Source: Bugula neritina
Taxonomy: Eukaryota; Animalia; Bryozoa
DNA: 64,000 nucleotides
Reading direction: 5' to 3'
NCBI GenBank assembly: GCA_964035545.1
Contig: OZ037769.1
Location: forward strand, 1,736,001 to 1,800,000
Shown here: piece after piece, positions 22,801 through 35,200 of the stretch
Numbering within the stretch: the stretch's first letter is position 1
How the letters are laid out: every line of letters begins with the position of its first letter
The notes under the pieces: generated by a model
Seen by the model: only the letters and a program-made list of their open reading frames with translations
Told to the model about the DNA's origin: nothing
Database searches by the model: none
Position numbers and translations under genes: made by a program

Positions 22801-25543
22801 ACCTGGGGTTAGTACCTGCGTCTATAGTCTGCAGTCTGAAGGACAAAGCTAAACTCTGGCTCCTCCCACATGAAGACAGCATTCTGGGAAGTTTCTCTTT
22901 GGAGGATGAAACTAAGGACCTGCAAGTAGTGTCAGTCATAAAACCACCTGCTGATGTCACTCGCTTGCCACTTGATAGCAAAGTAAAAAGTCGACACTTG
23001 ACACCCAAGTAAAGTGCTTTTTGTCATTGGTTCTGGTAGAAAAGGTTTTTACGTTTAGGCTAAGAAAATTTTACAATTTTCAAAGGTGAATTTTATTAGC
23101 TATGATCTTGAAAAATGTTCCTTTATTTCCCAAAGACTTTTATACTGGTAACTTTTCACTGTTGAGAAGTTACTTTTTTTTCGTTAATTTTTCAGTCAAC
23201 TGGGTGTGAATACAGGCATGCTGTGTGAACAACTGTATATGTTCATCCAACATGCCTACGTTATTGCTAATCATATAGTTGAACTGTTTTGGTGCTTTAC
23301 TGTCTCTTCTAGGAAAGGAGCTGATGCTGAAACAGGAGTTCAATATTTACGAAGCTTGTCCAATCACAGACCTCATAATGACCGACCATCCAATCAGAGA
23401 AAGTTTGGCAAGACGTCAGCCAATGAGAAGAGAGCTGTTGGATCAACATCTGTTCACTGGCCGCCACATCTCAATCATTCTAAACCTGTTAAAGCTACAG
23501 AGGAGAATGCTTTCAAGAATTCTGTTGTAAAGCCAAGTAGGGAATGATTTATTTCTGTTTATTTTCATTTACATTTTGTTGAGCTACAACACAGTAAACG
23601 ACGAAAGCTATGACTTTTTTCTTATCGCTCTGATCAGTTATGTCTGCTTGCTTTTTAGACTACACGGTGTACAATAACGTCTGCATCATGTTTTGTGACG
23701 TAGTCAACTTTACTCAACACGGAGATATGGACCAGGCATTACACGAACTGAGTGTGGCTCACACATGGCTGGTCAGACTATGTCAAGTCTTTCGTCTTGA
23801 GCTCGTAAGTGCTACTTAGTTACAAACTCGTAAGTGCTACTTAGTTACAAACTCGTAAGTGCTACTTAGTTACAAACTCGTAAGTGCTACTTAGTTACAA
23901 ACTCGTAAGTGCTACTTAGTAATAAGCTTGAAAACAATAGTTGATATCATTTAGTATTGAACTTGAATCTTTTTAAATTCAATCAACTAAAGCTCAGGTA
24001 AATTCAAGTACTACTCAATAAACTAAAGTACTATTTAATAACCTCAAGTACTGTTTAGTAAATTTAGCTATTTATTGGTAAATCCAAGTATTATTGCTAT
24101 TTGCCCAAGTTAATGTGTTACCACGTTGTGTGTTATATACATTCTCTTATCATCATGTTTTTAAATAGAATTTGAATTTTGACTTGCTTTTTGAAACATT
24201 TAATGCATCTTCAACACCATTCTGTTTCCCCATGTTATTCTCCGTGCTATGCTTTCGACTTTCTTTCTTCTGCGTCATGAAGGCTGTTTAATGTGTATTT
24301 TCACTAAATATCTCTACTCTGTGTTCTCTATCTGTTCAGGTAGAGTCAGTAGGGGACGCGTTCCTCGTAATTAGTGACGTCTCGTGTAAGAGTAAGAGTC
24401 AAGCTGCTAGAAACATGGCTGATTGTGCTCTTGCTTATCTCACCCTCAATAGAAAGGAGTTTTCCTCTCTTAAGGTGATATAACTCTCATGAGTGGCTTT
24501 ATTCAGGGCTAAGCTCACGAGAAGGGGTTGTTGCATGGGGAGGGGGTCTTGCTGAAAGAAGACTGACTATTTTATGCACAAATCAACTTTAATGAATAAA
24601 GATGCTGCTAGAAAAAATTATTTTCCTGAATTTTTTTGATTTAGAAGACAACTCTGGTATTGATGACAATTCAACATATTTGGGTCATTGCTTTGAGCAA
24701 ATCAGAAAATCCTTTTAATTCTACTTTCTTGTAGATCAGCTGAAATTGATTTGGTTTCTTGTGTAGTTTCGAGTAGGAATTCACTTTGGAACTGTGCATG
24801 GAGGAGTGGTGGAGAGAAACCAGAAGACCTTTCTGGTGTGGGGGGAGGATGTGGAGTATGCCTGCAAGATGGAGGCGTTCGGTGTCCCCGGCAAGATACA
24901 AATATCACGGCAATTCTTTAAGTGAGTCGAACACTTCTTTAGGTGGTACTAATACAATGTAGTACTGTCAGTAGTATAACTAGTACTGTCAGTAGTATAA
25001 CTAATACTGTTAGTAGTATAACTAGTACTGTCAGTAGTATAACTAGTACTGTTAGTAGTTTAACTAGTACTGTCAGTAGTATAACTGGTACTGTTAGTAG
25101 TATAACTAGTACTGTCAGTAGTATAACTAGTACTGTTAGTAGTATAGCTAGTACTGTTGATAGTATAACTAGTACTGTCAGTACTATAACTAGTACTGTT
25201 AGTAGTATAACTAGTACTGTTAGTAATATAACTAGTACTGTCAGTAGTATAACTAGTACTGTCAGTAGTATAACTAATACTGTTAGTAGTATAGCTAGTA
25301 CTGTTGATAGTATAACTAGTACTGTCAGTACTATAACTAGTACAGTCAGTAGTATAACTAGTACTATATGTATATGAGCAGTACTTCTCTTGCAGTCACA
25401 TCAATGACGGATCATTTAGCTTTGAAGAGCGAGAAAATATTGCCATTCGAGGTCATGACCTTTCTAACTACCTATTGCTTCTATCAAGTAATATCTGGTC
25501 TAAGAAAGATCTGGAACACATCTTTGCTAATGGGTTTGAATAA
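16880..25543 (+). CDS. Atypical soluble guanylate cyclase (H-NOX, PAS/H-NOBA, coiled coil, class III cyclase; GUCY1B2-like linker), 17 exons, ~833 aa
   Basis: Exons 16880-16885, 17159-17241, 17370-17452, 17798-17961, 18891-18996, 19830-20053, 20404-20550, 20955-21089, 21213-21381, 21713-21953, 22321-22434, 22787-23008, 23313-23536, 23659-23804, 24340-24474, 24767-24921, 25396-25543; all GT-AG, total 2502 nt, open frame. Motifs LGNNFPEFINNLDSIH, VPSFKC, YISKS, FCSLLPFHVMID, LFKGHF..LLFIGSP, VCIMFCDVVNFT, VESVGDAF, RVGIHFG, WGEDVEYACKME..GVPGKIQIS. Confidence 0.9.
18262..18890. repeat. ~39-40-bp AT-rich minisatellite (~16 copies) ending at the exon-5 acceptor
   Basis: Unit ATGGAATATATATAATAGTAATATAGTATAGTATATTTT; the last truncated unit ends ..ATATAG|GGAGAG. 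Confidence 0.92.
18993..19349. repeat. 36/39-bp minisatellite (~9 copies) containing the exon-5 donor
   Basis: Unit ACTG|GTAATATAATATGATATGTATTACATATAATATAT. Confidence 0.92.
19702..19829. repeat. 44-bp triplication of the exon-6 acceptor
   Basis: CCACCTTGATCTCTYYTRYAG ending at 19741, 19785 and 19829. Confidence 0.88.
20057..20172. repeat. 16-bp tandem repeat (x7), each unit containing ATGACTCAT
   Basis: Unit GTACTTATGACTCATG; ATGACTCAT at 20064, 20080, 20096, 20112, 20128, 20144, 20160. Confidence 0.93.
21085..21175 (+). repeat. 15-bp tandem repeat of the exon-8 splice donor (x6)
   Basis: TACAG|GTRAGTAGTR; GT at 21090, 21105, 21120, 21135, 21150, 21165. Confidence 0.95.
21498..21732 (+). 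repeat. 36-bp tandem repeat of the exon-10 splice acceptor plus exon start (x6.5)
   Basis: GATATTGCCAG|GGCACTTTGTACAGTTGAGAGAGTT; CAG ends at 21532, 21568, 21604, 21640, 21676, 21712. Confidence 0.95.
23802..23920 (+). repeat. 25-bp perfect tandem repeat of the exon-14 splice donor (x4.8)
   Basis: CTC|GTAAGTGCTACTTAGTTACAAA; GT at 23805, 23830, 23855, 23880, 23905. Confidence 0.95.
24960..25365. repeat. 21-bp intronic minisatellite (~19 copies)
   Basis: Unit TAGTACTGTYAGTAGTATAAC fills most of cyclase intron 16; source of the STVSSIT ORF. Confidence 0.93.
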
Positions 25544-26211
25544 GAGGGGTTTTTAAGCGTGTGATTTGAGTCTTTTACTAGTATCATATGTTGTAAATGA
25601 ACAGTATATGCATTGGAATAGGCAGTAGCTAGTGATGACTGCATTAGATACCTTTAGAAGTAATTGATGTCATAATAGTGGGTGGTCTTATAGAAATCAT
25701 ATAAACTGAGCTTTACATGTCGAATTTAGTGAATGACTTTACGTTGATGAATGTTTAATTCATTTTAGAATGTTAATTTATTATTTTATATAATATATAT
25801 ACAAGTACAACTTTTGGAAAGTGGTTAATAAACATATTACATGGTTTCCTGCAGGGTTTTGGTGATGTAAAGTGAGAGCATTCTCATGAGTCAGCCCTGA
25901 TTATTGGAAACTTGTCAGTTATAATACCCTTTAGTTACATAGTTTGGAGACTGAAAGACTATGCAATTTAAATTATGAGGAATTTGCTCTGATTATTAAT
26001 TTTGTTAATAGTCAACCCACGATTGTGGTGATGTCACAGTTATTTCTGTGAAGCATTATTGTTTGTTTAAAGTATTTTATAAATTGAAACGAGACACATA
26101 TTTCGTAAACTCTCACTATACACAAGATGGCAGCCGGTCTGTTATACTAATTTCGTTACTCACGTCTGAGCAACAAAAGGCACTTGCTCTCCTGTGACAT
26201 CAGTGCCAAGA

Positions 26212-29200
26212 ATGGCAGCTGCTAGTTTGATCACTTTAGTGGTCATCTGTATGTTTGTCGGGCTTCCATCAACTGTGGGGTAAGTTGATGTCAAACTGAT
26301 TCACCGGAATTCATTCATAAAGCATAAACAATTATTTTTTGGGCTTGAAGTTTCAAGAGATATTTGAATATTGATGTTGACCACATTTTATTTGTTTTCA
26401 GGCAGCTAATGCCTAGTTTAACCCTCGGCCTTAAAGACATAACGCCAATCAACGCCCCCCACCCTGACCACAAGTATTCACTGGTGGTGTCAGGCTACGA
26501 TGGTAACTTTCTCTACGCTGTCATCAACACTGAAAATGCAGCAGCAATATTTAAATTGTCAAAAGTAGATGGTGAATTTGTCTTTCCATCAGGTAAAGTC
26601 AAAATATCTAGCATTTGCAGAAGTAATACAAACTCATGGCATTCTTCAATTTTGATGAGCTTGTTATGATGGATTTTTACAATTTAGAGTTATTTCAAAC
26701 TCACCGAGATAACTCCAGCTCCTGTCAGTTTGTAGGGGGCAGAGTTAGGACTCCGGGTTAGGGTATTTGTCTGGTGGTGCTCCTCAGTCTAGGATCCTGG
26801 GCTAGCACTCACTAATACACCCTAACATGTTATTCTATTGCATTCAAACACATCTATTCTCTTCTGTCCACAATCTTCAATCACTCAATCTTTCTCATAC
26901 GCACCCAGTTTTATATTTGCAACACTCACACAGGCCACACCCACATTATAATATCTATATTGATGCAAATATCTCAGAGTTGTGCACTCCCCATACACAC
27001 AACAGCAAAAGAAGACAACTACAACTAATTTCAAAATCCTGATGCAAGATTTGTTGTAAAAATAATCTAATGATGTTAGTTAAATTGCCTTTATAGTTTT
27101 ATTTTTCATATCATAGCTATCAACGAATGATAGGAAGCTCCATGTTGAGTATCTGGAGTAAGTCTTGAGCTTGCTAATGTCTATCCTATTCAGTTCTGAA
27201 AATGCGGTGTCCCTAGTAGCCAAGTCCCACTTTTTTTTAAAGGAACAGTATGTAGTGTAGATTAAAATCTAGCTTAGTTTAGGTTGCACTGTAGGTTATA
27301 GTGTAGGTTTTAGTGTAGGTTGTAGTGTAGGTTATAGTGTAGGTTTTAGTGTAGGTTGTAGTGTAGGTTATAGTGCAATTTGCAGGTGAATAGTCATTTT
27401 TGAAATTAGACAAGCAATTCAGTGTTGTCTGCAACTTATTTTACTATTTTTGTATTTTATATATTGATAGTAGAGATGGAATTTTGTAAATTTCTTAGCA
27501 TTGATTAGATAACTTCCTAGTTGATAAAAGTATTTAAATTCTGAGCTAATAATTATCTTTAATGCATAAGATTTCTATACACTTCCCAATCAGTAAAACT
27601 GTAATTAGTATGTAGAACTCTTAGTAAAGCTAATATTTGAGAGGTAAAGTTTTGTTGTAGATGGTTTACCAGTGTTTGGAGACCTGAATAGTACTGGCCA
27701 TGACCCGACAACTCCAACATTTACTAGTATCACCTCAATGGCCTCCTTCTCGGATCTTTTGGTGGTAGCTGAGAGCAGCTGCGTTAGATTTATTGACCTG
27801 CATGTTGGAAATGAACAAGACATTGGATTTGGTGTCAGTCGTTTAGGTAACGGTACTCACAGTGTGGTTGTTATTTTAAAACCATGTGCAGTTATTTTAG
27901 AATAAATTGTATTTTTATCTAAAATGGCAAACATTTATTTGTACCTTTTTATTTTGTGATTGATGAATTTGCTTTCGCCGTGAGGTTTAGTTATATTGCT
28001 GGCGTTTTCCTTTTGACTTTGTTGAAATTAGTCGCCTTGACCTGTGCAGGTAACTGCTCTGAAGCTGGTTATGATTGGCACGACAATGTCAGACTACAGA
28101 ATATAAAGAAGGTGTTGGCATCTACGAGAAACTCAGGTTACGTGTTGTTGGTGTTGTGTGGGGACACAGAAAGCACACAGGTGAGTCTCCTAAACATCTC
28201 TAACGTATACAGCAACTTTCTCTGTATTTCTGAACAGTTATGAGTCATCATGTACAGCAGTAGTATGAGAAAACAACTTCCTACAGTGCATTTCAGCTTA
28301 AATTTCTAGATTATAAAGAATTCCAGAGTTTTTTGTGTCTATGATTCTGTCAGTCTTAGCTCTTAAAAATCTAATCTGTGATGAAATCCGAGTGTTTGAA
28401 GATAAGTGTCGGACATGTTTTAGGGCGGAGTTATGATGATGGACATGGGTAGACCCTCACCTTTGACCTCTGAATTCAGAACACAAGATGCTCTCAGTGG
28501 TAGTAATCCATCTCTTACCGCTAAAATTCTTGACATGGATTGGAGTGAGGAAGATATGCTTTATCTTCTCGTAAATAATGGTAGGTTGATATTTGGTGTA
28601 TATGGTTTGGTTGAAAGTATAGGCATAGCGTATATTATTAAGCTACAGGATAGGTATAAACAAACAACACACCGAGTCATCTAGCTAGAACACCAAATAA
28701 ACACACTATCACAGTATCACACTATACACTTTTTTATAAACTAATGCTTCCGGCCTTTTTTTATGAAAAATATATATATTGTGTTTATTTGTGCATTGAT
28801 AATTTATATTTCATTTTACTGTTGTATATTTTACATATGTATGTATGTACATAGTATGCATACTACGTGCATGCATACATATGTATATATATATATATAT
28901 ATATTTGTATGTGTTTATGAATGTATTCACTCACTTCACTCATGTATACCGATATTTGTGTATATACAATTCTGCTCAAAATGCTTAGTTATGATTAGTA
29001 ATGATTTGTTCAACTGCCACCTTTTATGATCAGCCCAACACCCAAATAACTTGCTAGTAAATAAAATCTATCTCAACTTTTTGCATCAATTCTATTTGTT
29101 CGTTTTGGAAAAATAATTTCCTTATCATCAATGATTACCAAAATGTATGTTTATATTCCAAGTGGAATTATGACTTTTCGTATGTTTATGTTTTAAGTGG

Positions 29201-32200
29201 AGTTATGAACCCCTGTATGTTTATGTTTTGAGAGGATTTATGCTTCCCTGTATGTATGTTTCAAGTGGAGTTATGCCCCACGTATGTTTATATTCCAAGT
29301 GGAGTTATGACCCCCCCCCCCTGTATGTTTATGTTTCAGGTGGAGTTATGATGTTTGATATTCATACAAAAAAGCTCACAAGAATGTTCTCCTCTGCTGA
29401 CGAAGGGTTCGCCCTGCACATCCCTTCCTTTCTTGTATCAGAGCATGCGGTGCTGATGACTATGGAATTTGAAGTACCGCCAACAATTGTGATTGCTAAT
29501 TACGGAGATGAAAATAATGAAATTGTTCACAGTTTGGTAGGATTCTCTATGATGAATATTTGGAACTACATGGGAATGGACACATCAGATCTATTCGAAA
29601 GAAAAAGTAATCAGCTACAAAAATTTCTACATATCATATCACGTGCCACACTGTCATGTGACACACACTGTCATACCATGTGCCACATAACAGTGGTGGC
29701 ATATCATCTACATCCTTTATTTCTACAATAGGGGCATGCCTGCTTACCTCGTGTCAAATGCCTACCAAATGTCACAATGTTTTCTATGAGTGACATGCCC
29801 AAAATATATATCGAAACCAATTGCCGTTTGGCATCAAAGATTTATTTTGAAACATCAGAAAATTTGATGCTCATAGAAGACATGCTATGAAAATAGATGT
29901 GGAAGGGCAGAATGTGTCACCGTTACATCGATGAAATAAGTAAACTCTTATCACACTTTTTCATGGCATGTTCTACATTGTGCAATTTATTTTACTGTAG
30001 GCAGCCACATCGAATAAAATCAGTAAGTCTTGAGATAAATAATATGAAAGCATAATATCCTTTCAAGCTACACTCAAACTTGTGTCACTAATGAAACATG
30101 GCTGTAGATTTCACATCTTCGTTGAATAGAATTAGTTCTAATCCCTGTTACTCTACCAAACTCAGTGTATGACTAAATGGTTTGGGACAACGTAAAAGTT
30201 GTGGTCAAAAGTAGCCTATTTGCAGTAGCAGCTCGACTTTTTCAACTTCTGCAAGTTTAGACTACGGACTTAATAATTGTATAAAGGACCATGATATTGG
30301 GGTGTGTCATACCACAACCCAATATCATGCAGATCCATAATTGACCTGACGGACACATTTGCACTTAGTTTTGTATGAAGTTATGTAACTAAATAGAAAT
30401 TATTATCTCCGGATACCACTTATTTCTACACAAGGTATTTGCATTTTGGCAATAATTTTTTAGTTTTTTATATAAATTTATAAGGTTATCGCAACTTTCT
30501 TGAGCATTCCACCCTGCAATCCAATATCAAATATATAAAATAAAGCAATGAAAAGCTGCAAATGAGGATTTTATTTGTAGAAAGAGATTATAATGGACCT
30601 TATGTGCCAGAGCAGTTTGTCAGCTTCCTGTGTGATTATGGCAATAGTCCCAACGTTGCGCTGCCTACCTGCATTTTACCCGAGAGCTCTCCTGGCACCA
30701 AACCCTCGCTTATGCAGATTCCCGGCATGTCACATGTCATGTTTTACAGCCAGCACTCTGGGGGCGCGATGTTCTATGATATTGAAATGGAAGGTTAGAA
30801 TAAAATCAGCTCTTAATTAATTTTGATGTAAGCATTTCACTCTTCACTACCATCAGCAGTAACTAATCATGAATCTGTTTTAGAAGATGAAAGCACCTTT
30901 ATTATAATAATAATAATATAATACTATACTAATATAATATTATAATAATATAATCGGCGATTAGTCCAAATAAGATCAGTAAACTTATCTATAAAATGTT
31001 TTAACTGATAATTATTTCAATAACAAGTTTTGAATTTATTTTACCTCACGTCTAAAAGAATTATGCTTAATGTAGCTTAATTTTTAAATTAGTATATAAT
31101 AATGATTATGTACTAATTACACACTAATAATAATTATAATATTATGCAGACACAAAAAATAGCAATAAAATGGGTAAAAGTAGTAAGTGGTAGCGGTGGA
31201 TATTTATTAATGACATCAGTATTAATTCTGATGATTCTAGTGTCGTTATAATCTGTTTCAGTAATAATTGTTCAATCTTATAGTTTCATTCCCATTACTT
31301 TCCAAACTTGAATAATGGCCTTTCTACAGTTATTGTTGGGCCCCCTTTCCTTGATAACTTGCCTGAGCCAGAAGCTGAACCGACTACTACCACCACAGAA
31401 CCTGCAACTACCACAGAGCCTGCAACTACCACAGAGCCTGTAACTACCACAGAGAGTGTCGTAGAACCGTAAGCTTTAGGCACTTTAATTTGAAATAAAA
31501 AAGTAATTTAATTTGGCTGAAATCATCTCTAATGGTGAAAACCTTTAAACTTATATATTTAGCTTATTCTACGACATAAGTAAAATATGTCATGTTATTT
31601 GAAGGAAAGTCAATATTCCGCAGGTCTGAAAATATCTGCCTAGTACACATGCACGCACTTGTGCTAACACACACACACGCGCACACACACACACGCACGC
31701 ACGCTCGCACTTGTGCGCACACACACCTACACACATGGCAAGTCATTTTTCGGCAGTTGGGGTTTGAACCTGAAACATATTAGGTACAATACTCATAGGC
31801 CTACAGCCTAACAACAATAGCAGTTTTACTTGTTGAGCAGTTTTACCGTACCAATGGACCTTCGGACTAATGGGTCTTGGAATCTTGACTAATTTACACA
31901 TGACGTCCTGTTTAATAATTACTGTCAACATGAGGTTTAATTGAGTTATATATATTACTAAATTATTTTACTTTTCATTTAATTTTAAATTTCATACATC
32001 TGTTTTTAAATTGGTTTTGTTGTAAAATAAACTCACATATAACCATTGAACTGTATTTGCAATGACTTGAACTTATAGAGTTTTCAGCACTGAGGTGATG
32101 CTACCAAAGCTGACGCATATTATTCCCTTGGAAGCATTTCTCCCAGGCTACCTCTATTCCTCTGTCTCCACAACTATGTTCCCAGAAAGCCTCTTTGCTG

Positions 32201-35200
32201 TTATAAACACAGGCGAAGCAGCTGCCGTTTATGTTCTTCAAGCTGAGGGCGGTCCCAAACGAGATTCACTACCAAATGAATTTGACTATAAATTGCCACC
32301 TGAAGACGCTCTAGGTAGTAACTGCTAGCTTTGAAATCTTATGCAGTAATGGCAGTTGTGATTGAGACAGTTGTGATAAAAGCAACTTTAGTGTTAATGC
32401 TGTGATTTGATGTTTGTAGAATTTGCGGTTTTCGGTAACCTGAGCGCCGGTGGTCACCATGACAATCCCCCGACGTTCACCAATATCAAATCAGTAAGCG
32501 TGACATATATATCACCCCAAGCTCCACCAGTTGTGATTATAGCTGAAGATAGTTGCCTTCGCTTTATTACCATTGATTATGAGGGTGACTTAAGTTTCGA
32601 AAGTAGAGTTGGTAAGTTATTACTTTTCTATATTTTTTATATAGCACGAATGCCAAACTTAAAAACCAAAATACATGGACCGCATTCTAAACTGAAGCAC
32701 CAAAAACACATAGAACCAATGCCAAATCTAAGTGTGAAAATACAAAAATGAAAAAAAAACTACATTAATTTAGTATAGCTGATCGACTTTGGTTGGATTA
32801 TAATCAAATCTGATTATATTATTAAATTAATTTTTTCTTTTAAATTTTTTTTCTATTAAAAGAGAAGGCAAATTCATTTTAAATGCTACACATTCATCCA
32901 AAACACAGTCATGTTACATGGAGTTTATGTGTGTATTTAATATGCTAATAACTAACTATAATAAATCTGTTAGAGAACATGTCATGGATCTAGACTCTAA
33001 ACTCTAGAGTTACTTTGCAGTGAATGTAGGTTAACTTGTAGCAGGCTGTCATTATAGGAAACGTTGTTTATGAATTCTATTATTATTATATTATTGCAGG
33101 AAACTGTACGGAACCAGGTTATAATGTTGATTATCAAGATGTTAGACTACAAAAGATTCTTAGAGTGTTGGTCATACATGGTGACTCTAATAAGCTCCCT
33201 ATATTTCTAGTCCTTTGTGGTGATTCAGAGACCGCAGAGGTTAGTGAGACAGTTTTTCAGTTTTAAAGATTTCTGTTTTAATCGGCAAATGTCATTAAAT
33301 TTTATACGTATTCTTTAAAGAAAATGTTTCGGTGGTTATTGCTTCTTTCCATAGTTGGGAATGCTGTAACAATGAATGGCTTGCTATAAACTTTGTAGTT
33401 CATACTTTTTCACTAAGTTCCCATGTAAGGAAAAAACCATGCTCTGATTTTGATTTGCTGAACAAATTGCAATATAGGGAGGTTTGATGATGTTGGAGGA
33501 AGGAGAAGGGGATATTTTTGCCAAGTCAGCTTTCCGCACTAGCAATGCTTTGAGCTCCACACCTGGCTTGATCTCTCCTAAAATATTAGACTTCGTGATA
33601 TCTATAAAGGAACCGCATGTCGGATTTGCTATCATCAACAGTGGTGAGTTTTGTTATGAATTATTTGGTTGGTAGAATTCAAGTCTGCTTACAAAATTTA
33701 TATCAAGTAGCCAAAGTGATTTCCGACAAATTCAGTTGATCTCAAAAAAATATTTACTAGTTTAGGTATAGCTTTGTGTAGACGCTTTCTGCTACACTGA
33801 CACTCGCCTGCTCATTATATTAAGATGATTTGACGAAGAAGACATTTGAGTTCAATTTTTGATAACTTGTACTAATTCAACTGTTGGTACGACACATTGT
33901 AGGGGGTGTCATGATGTACGACTTCGAGTTCAAACAGCTCACCAGAATTTTCTCAGAGTCAGACTCAGGGTTCTGGTTTAGCTCGCCGCCAGGTCTAATC
34001 TCCGATCACGCTGTTGGCATGTTTGATGGAGACTACCTGTTTGTAAAGAACTATGGACAAGAAGACGTAGAGGGGAACACTCTTGTCGCATTTGCTATCA
34101 GAGAGATCTTCGATATAATGATGGATATGGAAAGCGCAACCGATTCACCAAATCGGAAAAGTAAGTCATATTAATCAGCAGGTAAGTGAAGTATTATTTT
34201 ACATTTGGCACTGTATTTTTTTACTATGTGTATTCATTGTAATTAGCAAGCCAGTGTATTCCACCTACACACATACACACATATCACATAAGTGTGTGTC
34301 TGTGTGTATGTGAGTGTGCTTGTGTATGTGCGCATGTATAGAAATTTGTCTGCAAAATATGCTTTTATTCTTTAATTTTATAAGAGCAGTTTTAGCTCAA
34401 ACAAGGTATTTGTTTTTGTAGTCTGTACTATATTGTTCCCATGGTAATCAGTATCACATTGAAATGGAAGTTATTTTGCTCTGAGAGTTTTTGTACTAGT
34501 TGATGTTTTCAACATCCATCAATTAACTTTTCTTGTACAACAAACCAGTAGCCTTATTGCAGTAGCTTCACAAACATTTACTTTTTATTATTTTGTTGAA
34601 ATTCCAGAGCGTAGCATGGACATGCCCAGTGAGCTATTCAGAATTGTCTGCCAAGGGGGAGAAACTCCGGATCCCAGACCTCAGTACTGTGCTTTACCAG
34701 CTGATGAGAAACCTTCTATGGAGATGATTCCAGAAGCTGGTAACAAATTTGTTTACTACAGCCGCCATGCTACAGGCACTGACTTCTACGTCATTGATTA
34801 TGAAGGTGAGCATCCTTTTTGTTTCAGCAAATATGGTCGATTTAGGATATTATTAAGGTAGCATCAATGTGTCAACAAGGGTATTGAAGTAGCGTTTAAG
34901 TAATGTGTTGCTGAAATTTTATCAAAGTTACAGCCCAACTATTTATCAAGTGGCATTTAGGATTACTCACCATCTTTATATGTATTCTGAAATCTTGTGA
35001 AGGAAGTCATCTCAAGACCAAAATTTTGACAAATTGCTTTTACAATATAAAAAAGTTTGTGAGTTTTCTAACTTGACTAAATTGGTTTCTTGAATAGAAA
35101 GGATGAAAGTGAAAATTCGCCTATAGAATGGTAAGATACTACTAAAATTACACCAGCTTATTCAACTAGAAATTCTGTGAAAAGCAATGGTCTTAAAAAT

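Noticed and set aside
18262-25365. Repeat arrays as CRISPR-like loci
   Set aside because: Units are head-to-tail with no unique spacers, there are no cas genes, and the context is eukaryotic introns.
24943-25377. 144-aa STVSSIT-repeat ORF (antifreeze- or mucin-like)
   Set aside because: It lies within cyclase intron 16; the flanking exons join in frame without it.
27117-27157. Candidate extra exon in mucin-like gene intron 2
   Set aside because: It has good splice signals, but its open frame does not match the phase-1 flanks and the duplicated domain has no counterpart.
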